Shown here one piece after another: positions 29,026 to 37,815 of a stretch of DNA of 64,000 bases (position 1 is the first letter of the stretch; every line of letters begins with the position of its first letter). Position numbers and translations under genes: made by a program. Origin of the DNA: Thermoplasmata archaeon. Its GTDB lineage: Archaea; Thermoplasmatota; DTKX01; VGTL01. The stretch is from the NCBI GenBank assembly GCA_038851035.1, contig JAWCLH010000003.1, forward strand, positions 47,511 through 111,510. The letters run 5' to 3'. The notes under the pieces are model-generated. The model did not search any database and had not been told where the DNA came from. It saw only the letters and a program-made list of their open reading frames with translations.

Positions 29026-29571
29026 TCAGCCCCCTCTCAGGGTCCTCAGGGGCCTGAACTCGATCACCCTGACGATCTCGAATGGGTTCCAGCGGTGGTA
29101 GGCCGCCTCCCACTTGCGCCTGAACTCCTCGAGCGAGCCGGACCCATCGGCTATTGCGTCCTCCTCGGTCAGGTCCGCGAGCCTTTTCCGGTAGACATCG
29201 GTGATTAGGAGCTGGGCAAAGGAGCTCCCGGATGCAACCCTGAGCTTTGCGTCGTAGACGCTCCCCGCCCTCATCCTCGTCCTCCTCAGCGGGCGAATTG
29301 TGAGAGTCTTGGAGCCGTATTGGATAAGCCTCACCTCTTCCGGCCGGAAAACGAGGGCGCCCGCGGAGCGCCTCCCGATAGAGGTGTTCCCCCCGGCCCA
29401 GAAGATAACCTTCAGGAAGGCGAAGGTGACGAGGCCGCCGATGAGGACGAGGGGGAGCTGGCCAAGCTTGTAGAACTCCGCGTGACCCCAGAAACCTATG
29501 ACGAGCAGCATCGAGACCAGGAGAAGCACCGCGTTCCGGACAGCGGAGGATTGCAGGCGTTTCTCGGTCAC
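29026..29571 (-). CDS. Membrane-anchored ASCH-domain protein (2 N-terminal TM helices + ASCH)
   Basis: VLLLVSMLLVIGFW and LVLIGGLVTFAFLKVIFWA, then FRPEEVRLIQYGSKTLTIRP...LLITDVYRKRLADLTEEDAIADGSGSLEEFRRKWEAAYHRW...IVRVIEF (ASCH beta-barrel signature). Its stop abuts the start of the 27920-29023 gene. Confidence 0.6.
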   Translation of the reverse strand: MTEKRLQSSAVRNAVLLLVSMLLVIGFWGHAEFYKLGQLPLVLIGGLVTFAFLKVIFWAGGNTSIGRRSAGALVFRPEEVRLIQYGSKTLTIRPLRRTRMRAGSVYDAKLRVASGSSFAQLLITDVYRKRLADLTEEDAIADGSGSLEEFRRKWEAAYHRWNPFEIVRVIEFRPLRTLRGG

Positions 29572-29915
29572 GAGACATTATTGAGCTGAGGGGAGATATC
29601 CGTTTCGGAGTGGGGCGGCACCGGGGAGCTGCGCGGCCGGCCTATGGGCTGAACGAACGGGCGGGGCCGTTGGCCCGAGGGGCGCCGGCCCCTTTCAGAA
29701 ATCGCGCGCCCGCGTTCAAGAAAAGGACAGCCGGAGGGGCCGCTGCGGGAAATTGCGGGTCACTTGAAAAATAAGGCTCGGGTCACCTGTATTTCCGTCG
29801 GAGCACCGAGAGCGGGCAGGGATGCCAGCGAGGGAAATTGGCTGCACGGGGGGGCTGGGGGGCGCGATTTCCTGCCCGACCCGGAGAGAATTTCAAACGA
29901 TTCGAAACCACACCG

Positions 29916-29931
29916 GAATTTTTAAATAACA
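29916..29931 (+). promoter_or_regulatory. Candidate TATA/BRE box (ggaatttttaaataac) for the pseudo-KaiC operon
   Basis: The only AT-rich hexamer in a 420-nt GC-rich divergent spacer; 60-75 nt upstream of candidate starts 29994/30003. Confidence 0.3.
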
Positions 29932-29993
29932 CACCACTGCAATTATCTCACAACGCCTCAGGAGGGCGGCGGAACCAAGGTCGGAAACAAAGG

Positions 29994-30725
29994 ATGCGGT
30001 GCATGGGTCGCGGCGGAGGTGCGGGTTGTATGGACGGCGGCGGTCTGAAAGAGCCAGAACCGGCATCATCCGTTGCCCCGGCCATCCCGGGGCTCGTGAG
30101 GCCCAACGGGGGACAGCCGGCCTATCTCTCCCCCCTGGAAGAAATTCTTGCGGGCCACCTCTCCCACTCACGGCCGGGTAGCAGGCTCCTCCTGACCTGT
30201 CCTTACACAAGAATTCTTAAAGTGGATATGGCCGTGCTCCGCGTTCTCCTCGGCCGGAGGAGGGAGAGAGGCATATACGTCTCCATAGACAGGCCCCACA
30301 GCTTCGTCCAGACCGCACTGAGAAAGATGGGTGTTCCTCTCGATGGCCTGATATTTATTGACGCCGTTTCAAAGCTGACGGGCATGAGGGCTGAGGGCTC
30401 CATGGTCAGGTTCCTGTCCAGCGGCTACTCCCTCCCCCTCCTCGACGACCTCTTCAGCAGGGCCTACCTGCCGGAGGGCATCCAGATGCACTTCGTCAGG
30501 CTGGAGGACCTGAGTTTCGTCCTTCTGGATAATATCGTGGTCATGCTGCAGTACACCACGCTCGAGAAGGTCAGGAGGACGGTCACCCTGCTGGGGGAGG
30601 CGGTTAAAAAGTTCACGGACATGAGAGCGCTCATCACACTCGACCCATCCGTCAGTCCGGAGCTCTACTCGATTGTGAAAGGCACCTGCGACCGAGAGAT
30701 TTCCCTGCTGGAGGCCGGGCTTTGA
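29994..30725 (+). CDS. Degenerate KaiC/RecA-like paralog 1 (no Walker A; SIDRPH motif); start uncertain (29994, 30003 or 30033)
   Basis: RVLLGRRRERGIYVSIDRPHSFVQTALRKMGVPLDGLIFIDAVS ... FVLLDNIVVMLQYTTLEKVRRTVTLLGEAVKK...ALITLD. These are the same blocks as the KaiC gene at 31931 (GEQGIFFTTLSEP / RIVIDPVSVI) but with the P-loop replaced. Confidence 0.6.
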   Translation: MRCMGRGGGAGCMDGGGLKEPEPASSVAPAIPGLVRPNGGQPAYLSPLEEILAGHLSHSRPGSRLLLTCPYTRILKVDMAVLRVLLGRRRERGIYVSIDRPHSFVQTALRKMGVPLDGLIFIDAVSKLTGMRAEGSMVRFLSSGYSLPLLDDLFSRAYLPEGIQMHFVRLEDLSFVLLDNIVVMLQYTTLEKVRRTVTLLGEAVKKFTDMRALITLDPSVSPELYSIVKGTCDREISLLEAGL

Positions 30726-31285
30726 GTGAGACTCCTGCCTCAGCCGAACACGGGGCTCTTCTTGAAGGTGAGGGCTTCGTTGTCTGCCCTGTCAGGTTCC
30801 CGATGATATCAAAAGTCATGATTGGAATTCTGGACAAGCTCCTGAGACGGACGCAAGGCATAGGGGCGGTACTCTCCCTCGACAGGCCGCACAGCTACAT
30901 CAGCCGTCTTGTGGAGAAGAACGGAATTCCCCAGGACAGAATTCTCTATATAGACGCAGTGATGGGGATCTCGGGAGAGAGCCCAGAGCCGGACGGGGGA
31001 GCGGAGATGCTGCCCGCGCCCTTCTGCATCAACATTCTATCGGACTTCATCAACGTCTGTGGGCCTAGGTTCAGCGAGAAGAGACCGGGCTTCCTGCTGA
31101 TTGACAACCTCAGCGCTCTCACGTCGTACGTTTCCGAGGAGTGCCTCAAGAGATTCCTGGAAAGCCTCCTCGTCCTGAGTAGGCAGACGCCCGGGCTGAG
31201 GTGCGTTTTTGTTCTGGACAAAGACGCTCATCCAAGAATTTACGAAATGGTTAGGGCGATGGGTGCGAGGGAGGTGAGCCCTTGA
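30722..31285 (+). CDS. Degenerate KaiC/RecA-like paralog 2 (SLDRPH motif)
   Basis: LRRTQGIGAVLSLDRPHSYISRLVEKNGIPQDRILYIDAV...FLLIDNLSALTSYVSEECLKRFLESLLVLSRQTPGLRCVFVLD; overlaps the upstream stop by 4 nt. Confidence 0.6.
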   Translation: MSETPASAEHGALLEGEGFVVCPVRFPMISKVMIGILDKLLRRTQGIGAVLSLDRPHSYISRLVEKNGIPQDRILYIDAVMGISGESPEPDGGAEMLPAPFCINILSDFINVCGPRFSEKRPGFLLIDNLSALTSYVSEECLKRFLESLLVLSRQTPGLRCVFVLDKDAHPRIYEMVRAMGAREVSP

Positions 31286-31926
31286 ATGCTGGCCCCAGGC
31301 CTGCCGCCCCATGGGAAAGCGCCCGAACGGACCAGGCAGTGGCGAGCGGGGAGCGCCCCAGGCCCCGTCTCCCCACGTCGGGCTCAAGCCTTCTCCCGGC
31401 GGACAGGTGGGCCTGCCTTGTCAGAGAACTAAGCACCGGGAGGAAACTGCTCGTAACCACCTCCCCACGCCTTCTGAATCTAGTGAGCCTGTACGTGGTC
31501 TGTTATCTCCAGAAGCATCCCGGAAGCGTTCTGTTCATCTCCGTGGACCGACCCAAAGGATACATGTCAAAAATGGTAGAGAGGTACTGCCCTGCAAGCG
31601 GGAAAGTGGTCTGGAGGGACTATACGATGATAAATCAAGCGAGGGTTTCCCATGTTGCCGGTCTCTTCGCCCCCAAGCTACTTCTAGATGCCCTCGACCA
31701 CCTTTCCCGAGTAGAAGGCGGAGAGACCTCGGTCGTGGTTTCGAACGTCTCCGCGCTGAGCTACTACAACAGCAATGACCGCGTCCGAGAATTTCTTGCA
31801 GCCCTAAGCAGAGAAGTCGACGAGGGACGAATAAAGAAGATTGCGATAATAATGGACGGTCAGGGGCAATATATATATAACGAAGCAAAAATATTTACTG
31901 AAAAATCGGTCGACATCGGGTGGTGA
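31282..31926 (+). CDS. Degenerate KaiC/RecA-like paralog 3 (SVDRPKGYM motif)
   Basis: VVCYLQKHPGSVLFISVDRPKGYMSKMVERY...SVVVSNVSALSYYNSNDRVREFLAALSREVDEGRIKKIAIIMD; 4-nt overlap with the upstream gene. Confidence 0.6.
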   Translation: MNAGPRPAAPWESARTDQAVASGERPRPRLPTSGSSLLPADRWACLVRELSTGRKLLVTTSPRLLNLVSLYVVCYLQKHPGSVLFISVDRPKGYMSKMVERYCPASGKVVWRDYTMINQARVSHVAGLFAPKLLLDALDHLSRVEGGETSVVVSNVSALSYYNSNDRVREFLAALSREVDEGRIKKIAIIMDGQGQYIYNEAKIFTEKSVDIGW

Positions 31927-31930
31927 GGGA

Positions 31931-32620
31931 ATGGGCGAGATCGGTCTGATAAGAATCAAGTCTGGGATCCACGGGCTCGATGAGATGATGGAGGGCGGGT
32001 TCGCCTTCCCTTCTACAGTGCTCGTTGCCGGAAGCGCTGGAACGGGGAAGACTACGTTCGCCCTCCAGTTCCTAAGCCAGGGCGCGAGGGAGGGAGAGCA
32101 GGGAATCTTTTTCACCACTTTGAGCGAGCCCACGCAATGGATGCTGAGGTTCGTCTCTCGATTCAGCTTTTTGGACAAAGACACCTTCGGCAAGCAGATA
32201 AAGTACGTCGACCTCGGACCGTTCCTCAGGGAGCAGAGGGACCCCGCGGCTATGCTCAAGTTCATAGACGACCAGATCGCCGAGCACATGCCCCAGAGAA
32301 TCGTTATCGACCCCGTCTCAGTCATAGGAGGAATGATCAAGGGGGACTACAGGATGTTCCTATACGACCTGACCACCCACCTGAAGAACTGGCAGGCCGT
32401 GTCCATACTGACGGGTGAGGTCCTGCCCAACGAGCCCTACCCGGTCGAGATATCGTACATCGTGGACACGGTCATCATCCTGAGTCTCGGCCTCACCCCC
32501 GAGGGTGCGCGCAGGAAGTACTGCGAGATTCTCAAGATGCGCGGCACCACTCACGCGACGGGCCAGCACCTGATGGACATATCGAGAGACGGAATAACGG
32601 TCACGATGGGGCTGAAGTAG
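31931..32620 (+). CDS. Single-domain KaiC/RecA-like ATPase with intact Walker A and B
   Basis: GIHGLDEMMEGGFAFPSTVLVAGSAGTGKTTFALQFL (Walker A at ~32030-32053), RIVIDPVSVI (Walker B), ILKMRGTTH; 229 aa. Confidence 0.8.
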   Translation: MGEIGLIRIKSGIHGLDEMMEGGFAFPSTVLVAGSAGTGKTTFALQFLSQGAREGEQGIFFTTLSEPTQWMLRFVSRFSFLDKDTFGKQIKYVDLGPFLREQRDPAAMLKFIDDQIAEHMPQRIVIDPVSVIGGMIKGDYRMFLYDLTTHLKNWQAVSILTGEVLPNEPYPVEISYIVDTVIILSLGLTPEGARRKYCEILKMRGTTHATGQHLMDISRDGITVTMGLK

Positions 32621-32643
32621 GGCTCATTCGAGACGGAGCCGCC

Positions 32644-33237
32644 ATGTCCTACAGGTCTGAGCTGATTTTTCAGGAGCTGCGGAGGGCTCTGGAGCGGCCG
32701 GGGGCGGGCGGTGTTCTTGTCACGGTAAGGGCCACGTCGGTCACAAGAATCAATCTGTCGGTCCTCAGGGTTCTTCTTACAGAGAGGGGGGAGCGAGGAA
32801 TATTTCTCTCCCTCGACAGGCCGGACAGGCACATGCTGGAGCTTCTGGAGAGGCACAACCTCGCCGCCCCTGGCGAGGCATCTTCCTCGCAGGAGACGAG
32901 GCCAAAGAAAATAGTCGTGGCCGCGGGCGTCATCAGCCCCGTGGAGTTCTTAGACGAGGTCCTCGCCCGCCTCTCGGACAGGGAGAGGGCCCCTGCGCTC
33001 GAGGAGGACCTGAGGTCCTTCCAATTCATAATGGTTGACAACCTCTCATCTATGGCTCTTTATAGCGGCCCTCGCAATCTAGAGCGATTCTTTAGGGGCA
33101 TGGAGGAGCTCCTCCTGCGCTTCCCAAACCTAAGATGCGTCTTCGTCACGGCAAGAGGGGCGCCTCCGGAGGTCATGGCACTTGCCAGGAGAGTATGTCC
33201 CGTCGAGGTGGACATAAAGGACGAGTGGCTGATTTGA
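32644..33237 (+). CDS. Degenerate KaiC/RecA-like paralog 4 (SLDRPDRHM motif)
   Basis: RVLLTERGERGIFLSLDRPDRHMLELLERHNL...FIMVDNLSSMALYSGPRNLERFFRGMEELLLRFPNLRCVFVTA. Confidence 0.6.
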   Translation: MSYRSELIFQELRRALERPGAGGVLVTVRATSVTRINLSVLRVLLTERGERGIFLSLDRPDRHMLELLERHNLAAPGEASSSQETRPKKIVVAAGVISPVEFLDEVLARLSDRERAPALEEDLRSFQFIMVDNLSSMALYSGPRNLERFFRGMEELLLRFPNLRCVFVTARGAPPEVMALARRVCPVEVDIKDEWLI

Positions 33238-33306
33238 GCGCTGAGGGGAGCACTAAGTGGGAAGCACCCCGGAGCTTCAAGAGCCAGTGGAAGGGGGGAA
33301 ACCCTT

Positions 33307-34362
33307 TTGCAGCCCGCGCTACATCCTGACGAATCACTCCTGGAGGTCGCGGAGCTCGCGGCCCGGGGCAGGAGGTGGGAGGAGGCTCTCTCGCTCCTCG
33401 ACAGGGTTCTTGAGGCTGCACCTGCGCTGGAGCGCGCCCACATCCTTCGATGCGGAATTCTAAGGGCCCTCGACCGCCGGAGCGAGGCCGTCGCCTCGGC
33501 CGAGGCCTTCGCTTCCGCGCTCCCCGGCTCGGCGAGAGCCCACCACGAGCTGGGGGTGTGCCTGAGCGCCGCGGGCAGGTATGAGGAGAGCGTGGAAGCC
33601 TTCAGGAGGGCACTGGAGCTTGACCCGAAACTGCTCGAGGCCTGGAAATGGATGGGAATCGCTCTGGGTAGGATGGGAAGGCTCGAGGAGGCCTTCCGGT
33701 GCTACGAGCGGGCCAGTGGCAGGGCGCCGGAGCTGAGCGTTCCCGTGCCGTCCGGGCCCGCGCCATCCGGGCTCGAGACAAGAATTCACGAGCTGATGAC
33801 CGGAATGATGGAAAAGGGCGGCGGTTGCGTGCGGGTCGAGACAGACCCCGCACTCACCTTTAGGACTAGCGTCCTTCTTCTCTCGATTCTTCTCAGGGAC
33901 TGGGACATGGACGGCGTCCTGGTTTCGCTTGGCAGGCCCGCGGACGTCTACCGGAGAGCGCTTGCCGCTAGGGTTCACACCCGCCACCCCCCACACTTCG
34001 TCGAGGTGGTGGCGGGCGGACCCTCGCCCGAGGCCGAGGGGGCACGGGAGTGGGTCACAAGCCTCTCCGCCTTCGAGCCCGATAGGATAGACGCCGCAGT
34101 CAGGGCGGGGCTCCAGAAGGTCGCGGAGATGTACGGCGGGGAGGAGCACTTCGTCATCATAGACGATATAACAGCGATGGAATTCTACAACGGGCGCGAG
34201 GTCGTGAGGAGGTTCGTCGCGGGCTTCTTGGGGGAGCTGTCGTTGCTCAACATCTTCTGCTTCGTAGTTGTTCCCACGAGAAGAGCGCTGGAGCTGCTTG
34301 GGCTCCTTCCCTTTTTCTGTCGAGAGAGAATTTGCGTGAGGGCGGAGTGGCTTCGCGAGTGA
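33307..34362 (+). CDS. TPR-repeat N-domain fused to degenerate KaiC/RecA-like paralog 5
   Basis: N-terminal TPR units (ALSLLDRVLEAAPALERAHILRCGIL..., AHHELGVCLSAAGRYEESVEAFRRALELDPKLLEAWKWMGIALGRMGRLEEAFRCYERA), then LLLSILLRDWDMDGVLVSLGRPADVYRRAL...FVIIDDITAMEFYNGREVVRRFVAGFLGELSLLNIFCFVVVPT. Confidence 0.6.
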   Translation: MQPALHPDESLLEVAELAARGRRWEEALSLLDRVLEAAPALERAHILRCGILRALDRRSEAVASAEAFASALPGSARAHHELGVCLSAAGRYEESVEAFRRALELDPKLLEAWKWMGIALGRMGRLEEAFRCYERASGRAPELSVPVPSGPAPSGLETRIHELMTGMMEKGGGCVRVETDPALTFRTSVLLLSILLRDWDMDGVLVSLGRPADVYRRALAARVHTRHPPHFVEVVAGGPSPEAEGAREWVTSLSAFEPDRIDAAVRAGLQKVAEMYGGEEHFVIIDDITAMEFYNGREVVRRFVAGFLGELSLLNIFCFVVVPTRRALELLGLLPFFCRERICVRAEWLRE

Positions 34363-34449
34363 CCCGTGAAGGGTTTCCGGGCCGGCGCCCCCCTGAGTCA
34401 GAGCAAAACCTAAATACTCGGGCATATAAAGAATTCCTATAGAGTAAAA

Positions 34450-34698
34450 ATGATGGAGCCCACACCTGTAAATATGCTGGGTCGTCCCGTGAGAGATGCA
34501 GAGGGCCGGAGGATCGGTGTCATAAAGGGCCTCCACCAGCGCTTCTGCCCCGGCGGCTTCGAAGAGGTCTCGATTGTGAACTGCAACGGCGTGATTATTG
34601 CAAGGGTGGAGGAGCTCGTGCCGGCGGGGCAGGAGTTCCTTCTTATAGCAAACAGGGAGCGAAGGGAAGAGGGGCAGAAAAGTTCCGGAGATGGCTAG
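34450..34698 (+). CDS. Small PRC-barrel-like protein (tentative)
   Basis: 82 aa, LGRPVRDAEGRRIGVIKGL...VIIARVEELVP pattern resembling PRC-barrel proteins; weak. Confidence 0.3.
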   Translation: MMEPTPVNMLGRPVRDAEGRRIGVIKGLHQRFCPGGFEEVSIVNCNGVIIARVEELVPAGQEFLLIANRERREEGQKSSGDG

Positions 34699-35040
34699 GC
34701 GCATAGACGGGCGGCGGTCCTCTTGGAGAGGGAGCGGCAGTCGTGAGGCTTTCCTCCTTCCACGGTTAAGTTGCGTCGTATGTAAAGGGTGCGAAGCGGC
34801 GGGCAATGCCAGGTCACTTGGCCATGTCACTTCGAATTTACTATCGGTGCTGGATAATTTTCCAGGCTGGTGCCCCGGGCCACGGTCGAGTAGAATATGG
34901 CTCAACCGCGCAATGTGTTTCGCGAACTCACAAAATCAATATATATCGGCTGTTAATCATAGCAATGGCCAGTAAATATATCTAGTCGACGTTGGGCGAT
35001 CTGCAATGTCGAAACGGGCAATGCCGAGTGTGGTGGTCGC

Positions 35041-37512
35041 ATGGTCGGAGAGAGAGGCGAGGAGAAATTGGGTGATAGGGAGGAAGATGGGCTGGAGGGG
35101 AGAGCCGGAGGAGAAGAGGATGCGACCACTGATGGGTGTCCGGGGGAACAGGAGAGCGTCCTGAGGCCCGTGCCCCCTCCTGAGAGAATTCAGGAGATTG
35201 AGATGGAGGAAGCGGAGGCCGTGGAGGTGGAAGAGGACATTGCAGAGGTCGAGCAGGCGAAGGGTGAGGAGGCCTTTAGGAAGAGCGAGGGGGCGATGGA
35301 GACAGGTGCCGGCTCCCCCGGAACACCCTTGGGTGGGGCTGAAGGACCGGTTGAGATTCCGGGCGACAGGAGGGGTGAGAGGGGCCGGAGCAATGGGCTT
35401 CTGAACAGGAGGGCCCTGACCAACGGTCGGAGCATAGTCAACGGCAACGGCCTAGTCAACGGCGCCAAAACGGGTTTAATAAACGGTGGAAAAAGGGGCG
35501 CAATCAACGGCCGAGGCATCGTCAATGACAAGGGAATCACTAACGGGAGCGATACAGGAGTGGTCGAGGCCCCGCCCCGCAGGCTCACTAAGAAGGGGCC
35601 CTTAGCCGCACTGGCCATCATCGTTGCCTTGGTTCTCATCACCGTCTCATATTACGCCCTCCTCTCGACCGAGAGAGGAGTAAGGGTCGACGGCGGGTTC
35701 TCGGACTGGACCCCCTTCCTCAAGTACCACGACGAGGCCGGCGACCAGCGGAATGCTGACATCGACATCACACAACTCGCGCTGGCCGTGGAGGACTCAT
35801 CGGTCTCGCTCTATGTACGAGTTGGGGGGAGGGTCCTGGCTGGAAGGGACGGCGGTGTGGACATGTTCTGCTTCTTTTTCGACACGGACAGGAACCCAGC
35901 CACGGGATATCCCGCGCCAAGCGTCGGGGCGGAGTATGTTCTCGTCGTGGACGGATACGATGGACGCGTCTCGGCCTGCGGGCTTTACAGGTTCGGGGGG
36001 GCGGGGCGGTCCATTAGCGACTGGAACTCGAGGACCCCCGTCGGTTCCGCAAGAGCGGCCGCCTCCGGGGCCGAACTCGAGGCCCAAGTCGCTCTCTCGG
36101 ACCTCGGGCTCCGACCTGGCTCCGGGCCGAACGTCCAGACCCTAGCGCGGCACAGCGGGGGCGGGGAGGACATCGGGCCGGTCGTCGGGACGGGGCGGGC
36201 CGCGCTTACGGCGGTCTGGGCCCGCGTCGGTCCCGTCTCCGTCCCTCCTGGCAAGGCGGGTGTGCCTCTGCTCAGGGTGGAGCTCAGGGCTCAAGGGGGC
36301 TCCGTGAGGGTCTCATCGCTACGGGTGTCCGTGAACGAGGGAACAGGGGCGCGCGACATCAGCCGGCTCTCGCTGATGACCGCCTCTGGTGCGGAGGTGC
36401 CCGGGGCATCGGCCCCAATTGCAAATGGGTCGGCGCTGCTCGCCCCTGGGAGCCCCTTGGAGCTCAGGCGCGGCGAGTCGATGAACCTCACAGTGGTGGC
36501 CTGGATAGCCTTTGAGGCGGAGAGGGGTCGGGCGGTCGGGCTCTCGCTCGAAGGGCCGCAGAGCATCATCTCCAGCGCGGACACCGTGATGGTGGAGGGC
36601 CGCGGGGGGAATCTGACGCAAATCGGAGAGCAGGCGCAGCCCGGTCGAATCATCATTGATGGAGCGTTTCAGGACTGGGAGGGCATCCCGGGCCACCCAG
36701 ACCCCATCGGCGACGCGACCAACCCTTCCGTGGACCTCAGGGACTTCAGGGTGACCAACGACTCAGCCTCACTCTTTCTCTACGCCGCTGTTGACGGAGA
36801 GATAATGGCGGGCGCGTGGGTGCCGGAGACGAAGCAGAGGCCACAGCCAGGAGGCGGGGGCGGTGGCGGCGTGCCCGCGCCCCTCCCCGAGCTGACGGGA
36901 GAGGACGCCCTCTTTGTGTTCCTCGACATCGATGGTCTCTCTGAGACAGGCTACGCAGGCGAGGGGGCTCCGCCGGGAGCGGATTATCTGGTCAAAATAA
37001 CTGGTCGGGGTGGGAAAATAACATCCCACCTCGTTATGCCCTTCACGGGTGGGGCGGACCGGAGCCAGTGGAGCTGGGGCAGGGGGACGGAGCTCCCCGC
37101 CGCGGCGGGCGGGACCGGAATCGAGCTAGCCGTGGCATTGGAAACCATCGAGAGCCCAGTGGGAGTGGTCTCCCTGTTCTATTACATGACCGGCTGGGGC
37201 CAGAGCCGGGATGCCGGGACGGAAATCGAGTACAGCCTTAGCGGCGGGGGATGGGGGAGGGGAGCCGGCGCCGGCGACCCGCCGGGGGCCGGGCCGGGCC
37301 TTGGGTCGCCAGAGGGTTCGGGCGATGAGCCCCTTCACGCCCCTGAGTTCGGTGAGCTTCTCCTGCCTATAGCAGGAGTCATCGGCATATTCGCAGGAGC
37401 CAGAGGAGCGAGACGGAGGAACGCGCGCGTCCGAAGGGGAGAAAAAAGGAATGATGGAGCGGTGACCGTGGCGTTCTCCGTTGAGGGGGCGTTGAGGGAA
37501 TGGTCTGGCTGA
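35041..37512 (+). CDS. Surface protein, paralog of 17571-21314: acidic N-region, (G)LVNG/INGRG repeats, TM, extracellular DG-F-DW domains, C-terminal hydrophobic + Arg-rich anchor
   Basis: GLLNRRALTNGRSIVNGNGLVNGAKTGLINGGKRGAINGRGIVNDKGITNG; TM LAALAIIVALVLITVSYYALL; RVDGGFSDWTP and IIIDGAFQDWEG; C-terminal LLLPIAGVIGIFAGARGARRRN. Confidence 0.75.
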   Translation: MVGERGEEKLGDREEDGLEGRAGGEEDATTDGCPGEQESVLRPVPPPERIQEIEMEEAEAVEVEEDIAEVEQAKGEEAFRKSEGAMETGAGSPGTPLGGAEGPVEIPGDRRGERGRSNGLLNRRALTNGRSIVNGNGLVNGAKTGLINGGKRGAINGRGIVNDKGITNGSDTGVVEAPPRRLTKKGPLAALAIIVALVLITVSYYALLSTERGVRVDGGFSDWTPFLKYHDEAGDQRNADIDITQLALAVEDSSVSLYVRVGGRVLAGRDGGVDMFCFFFDTDRNPATGYPAPSVGAEYVLVVDGYDGRVSACGLYRFGGAGRSISDWNSRTPVGSARAAASGAELEAQVALSDLGLRPGSGPNVQTLARHSGGGEDIGPVVGTGRAALTAVWARVGPVSVPPGKAGVPLLRVELRAQGGSVRVSSLRVSVNEGTGARDISRLSLMTASGAEVPGASAPIANGSALLAPGSPLELRRGESMNLTVVAWIAFEAERGRAVGLSLEGPQSIISSADTVMVEGRGGNLTQIGEQAQPGRIIIDGAFQDWEGIPGHPDPIGDATNPSVDLRDFRVTNDSASLFLYAAVDGEIMAGAWVPETKQRPQPGGGGGGGVPAPLPELTGEDALFVFLDIDGLSETGYAGEGAPPGADYLVKITGRGGKITSHLVMPFTGGADRSQWSWGRGTELPAAAGGTGIELAVALETIESPVGVVSLFYYMTGWGQSRDAGTEIEYSLSGGGWGRGAGAGDPPGAGPGLGSPEGSGDEPLHAPEFGELLLPIAGVIGIFAGARGARRRNARVRRGEKRNDGAVTVAFSVEGALREWSG

Positions 37513-37742
37513 GTGCGCGGACGCTCTTCTGGACGGCCCTTGCACTGTCGGCCCTCGGCCTTGCAGGGTTCACGCTAGGTCTCCTCTGGGACTCGTTCTG
37601 GGGTCGCGGCCTCGGGACTGGGGCCATTGGGCCACTCCAGCTCTCAGTGGTCATTGGTGGCCTTGTCTCCTGCGGGGTCGGAATCGCGATTTTTTTGATT
37701 CCTTTGCGCAAGGTCGGGGCGAGTGCGGAGGAAGAAGAATGA
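37500..37742 (+). CDS. Small 2-TM membrane protein (tentative)
   Basis: 80 aa with two hydrophobic helices; overlaps the upstream stop; weak. Confidence 0.3.
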   Translation: MVWLSARTLFWTALALSALGLAGFTLGLLWDSFWGRGLGTGAIGPLQLSVVIGGLVSCGVGIAIFLIPLRKVGASAEEEE

Positions 37743-37815
37743 AAGGTACGGAGGCCCATTGCGGAACTTTAGAAGCCACCGGTAACCGGTATGGAAAGAG
37801 GAGGTTGGAAAGACG

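Noticed and set aside
27920-29578. 552-aa ORF as listed in the track
   Set aside because: Its first 185 codons overlap, out of frame, the coherent TM-ASCH gene (29026-29571). The real gene was trimmed to the ATG at 29021-29023 (MREVSPLTRLL...)
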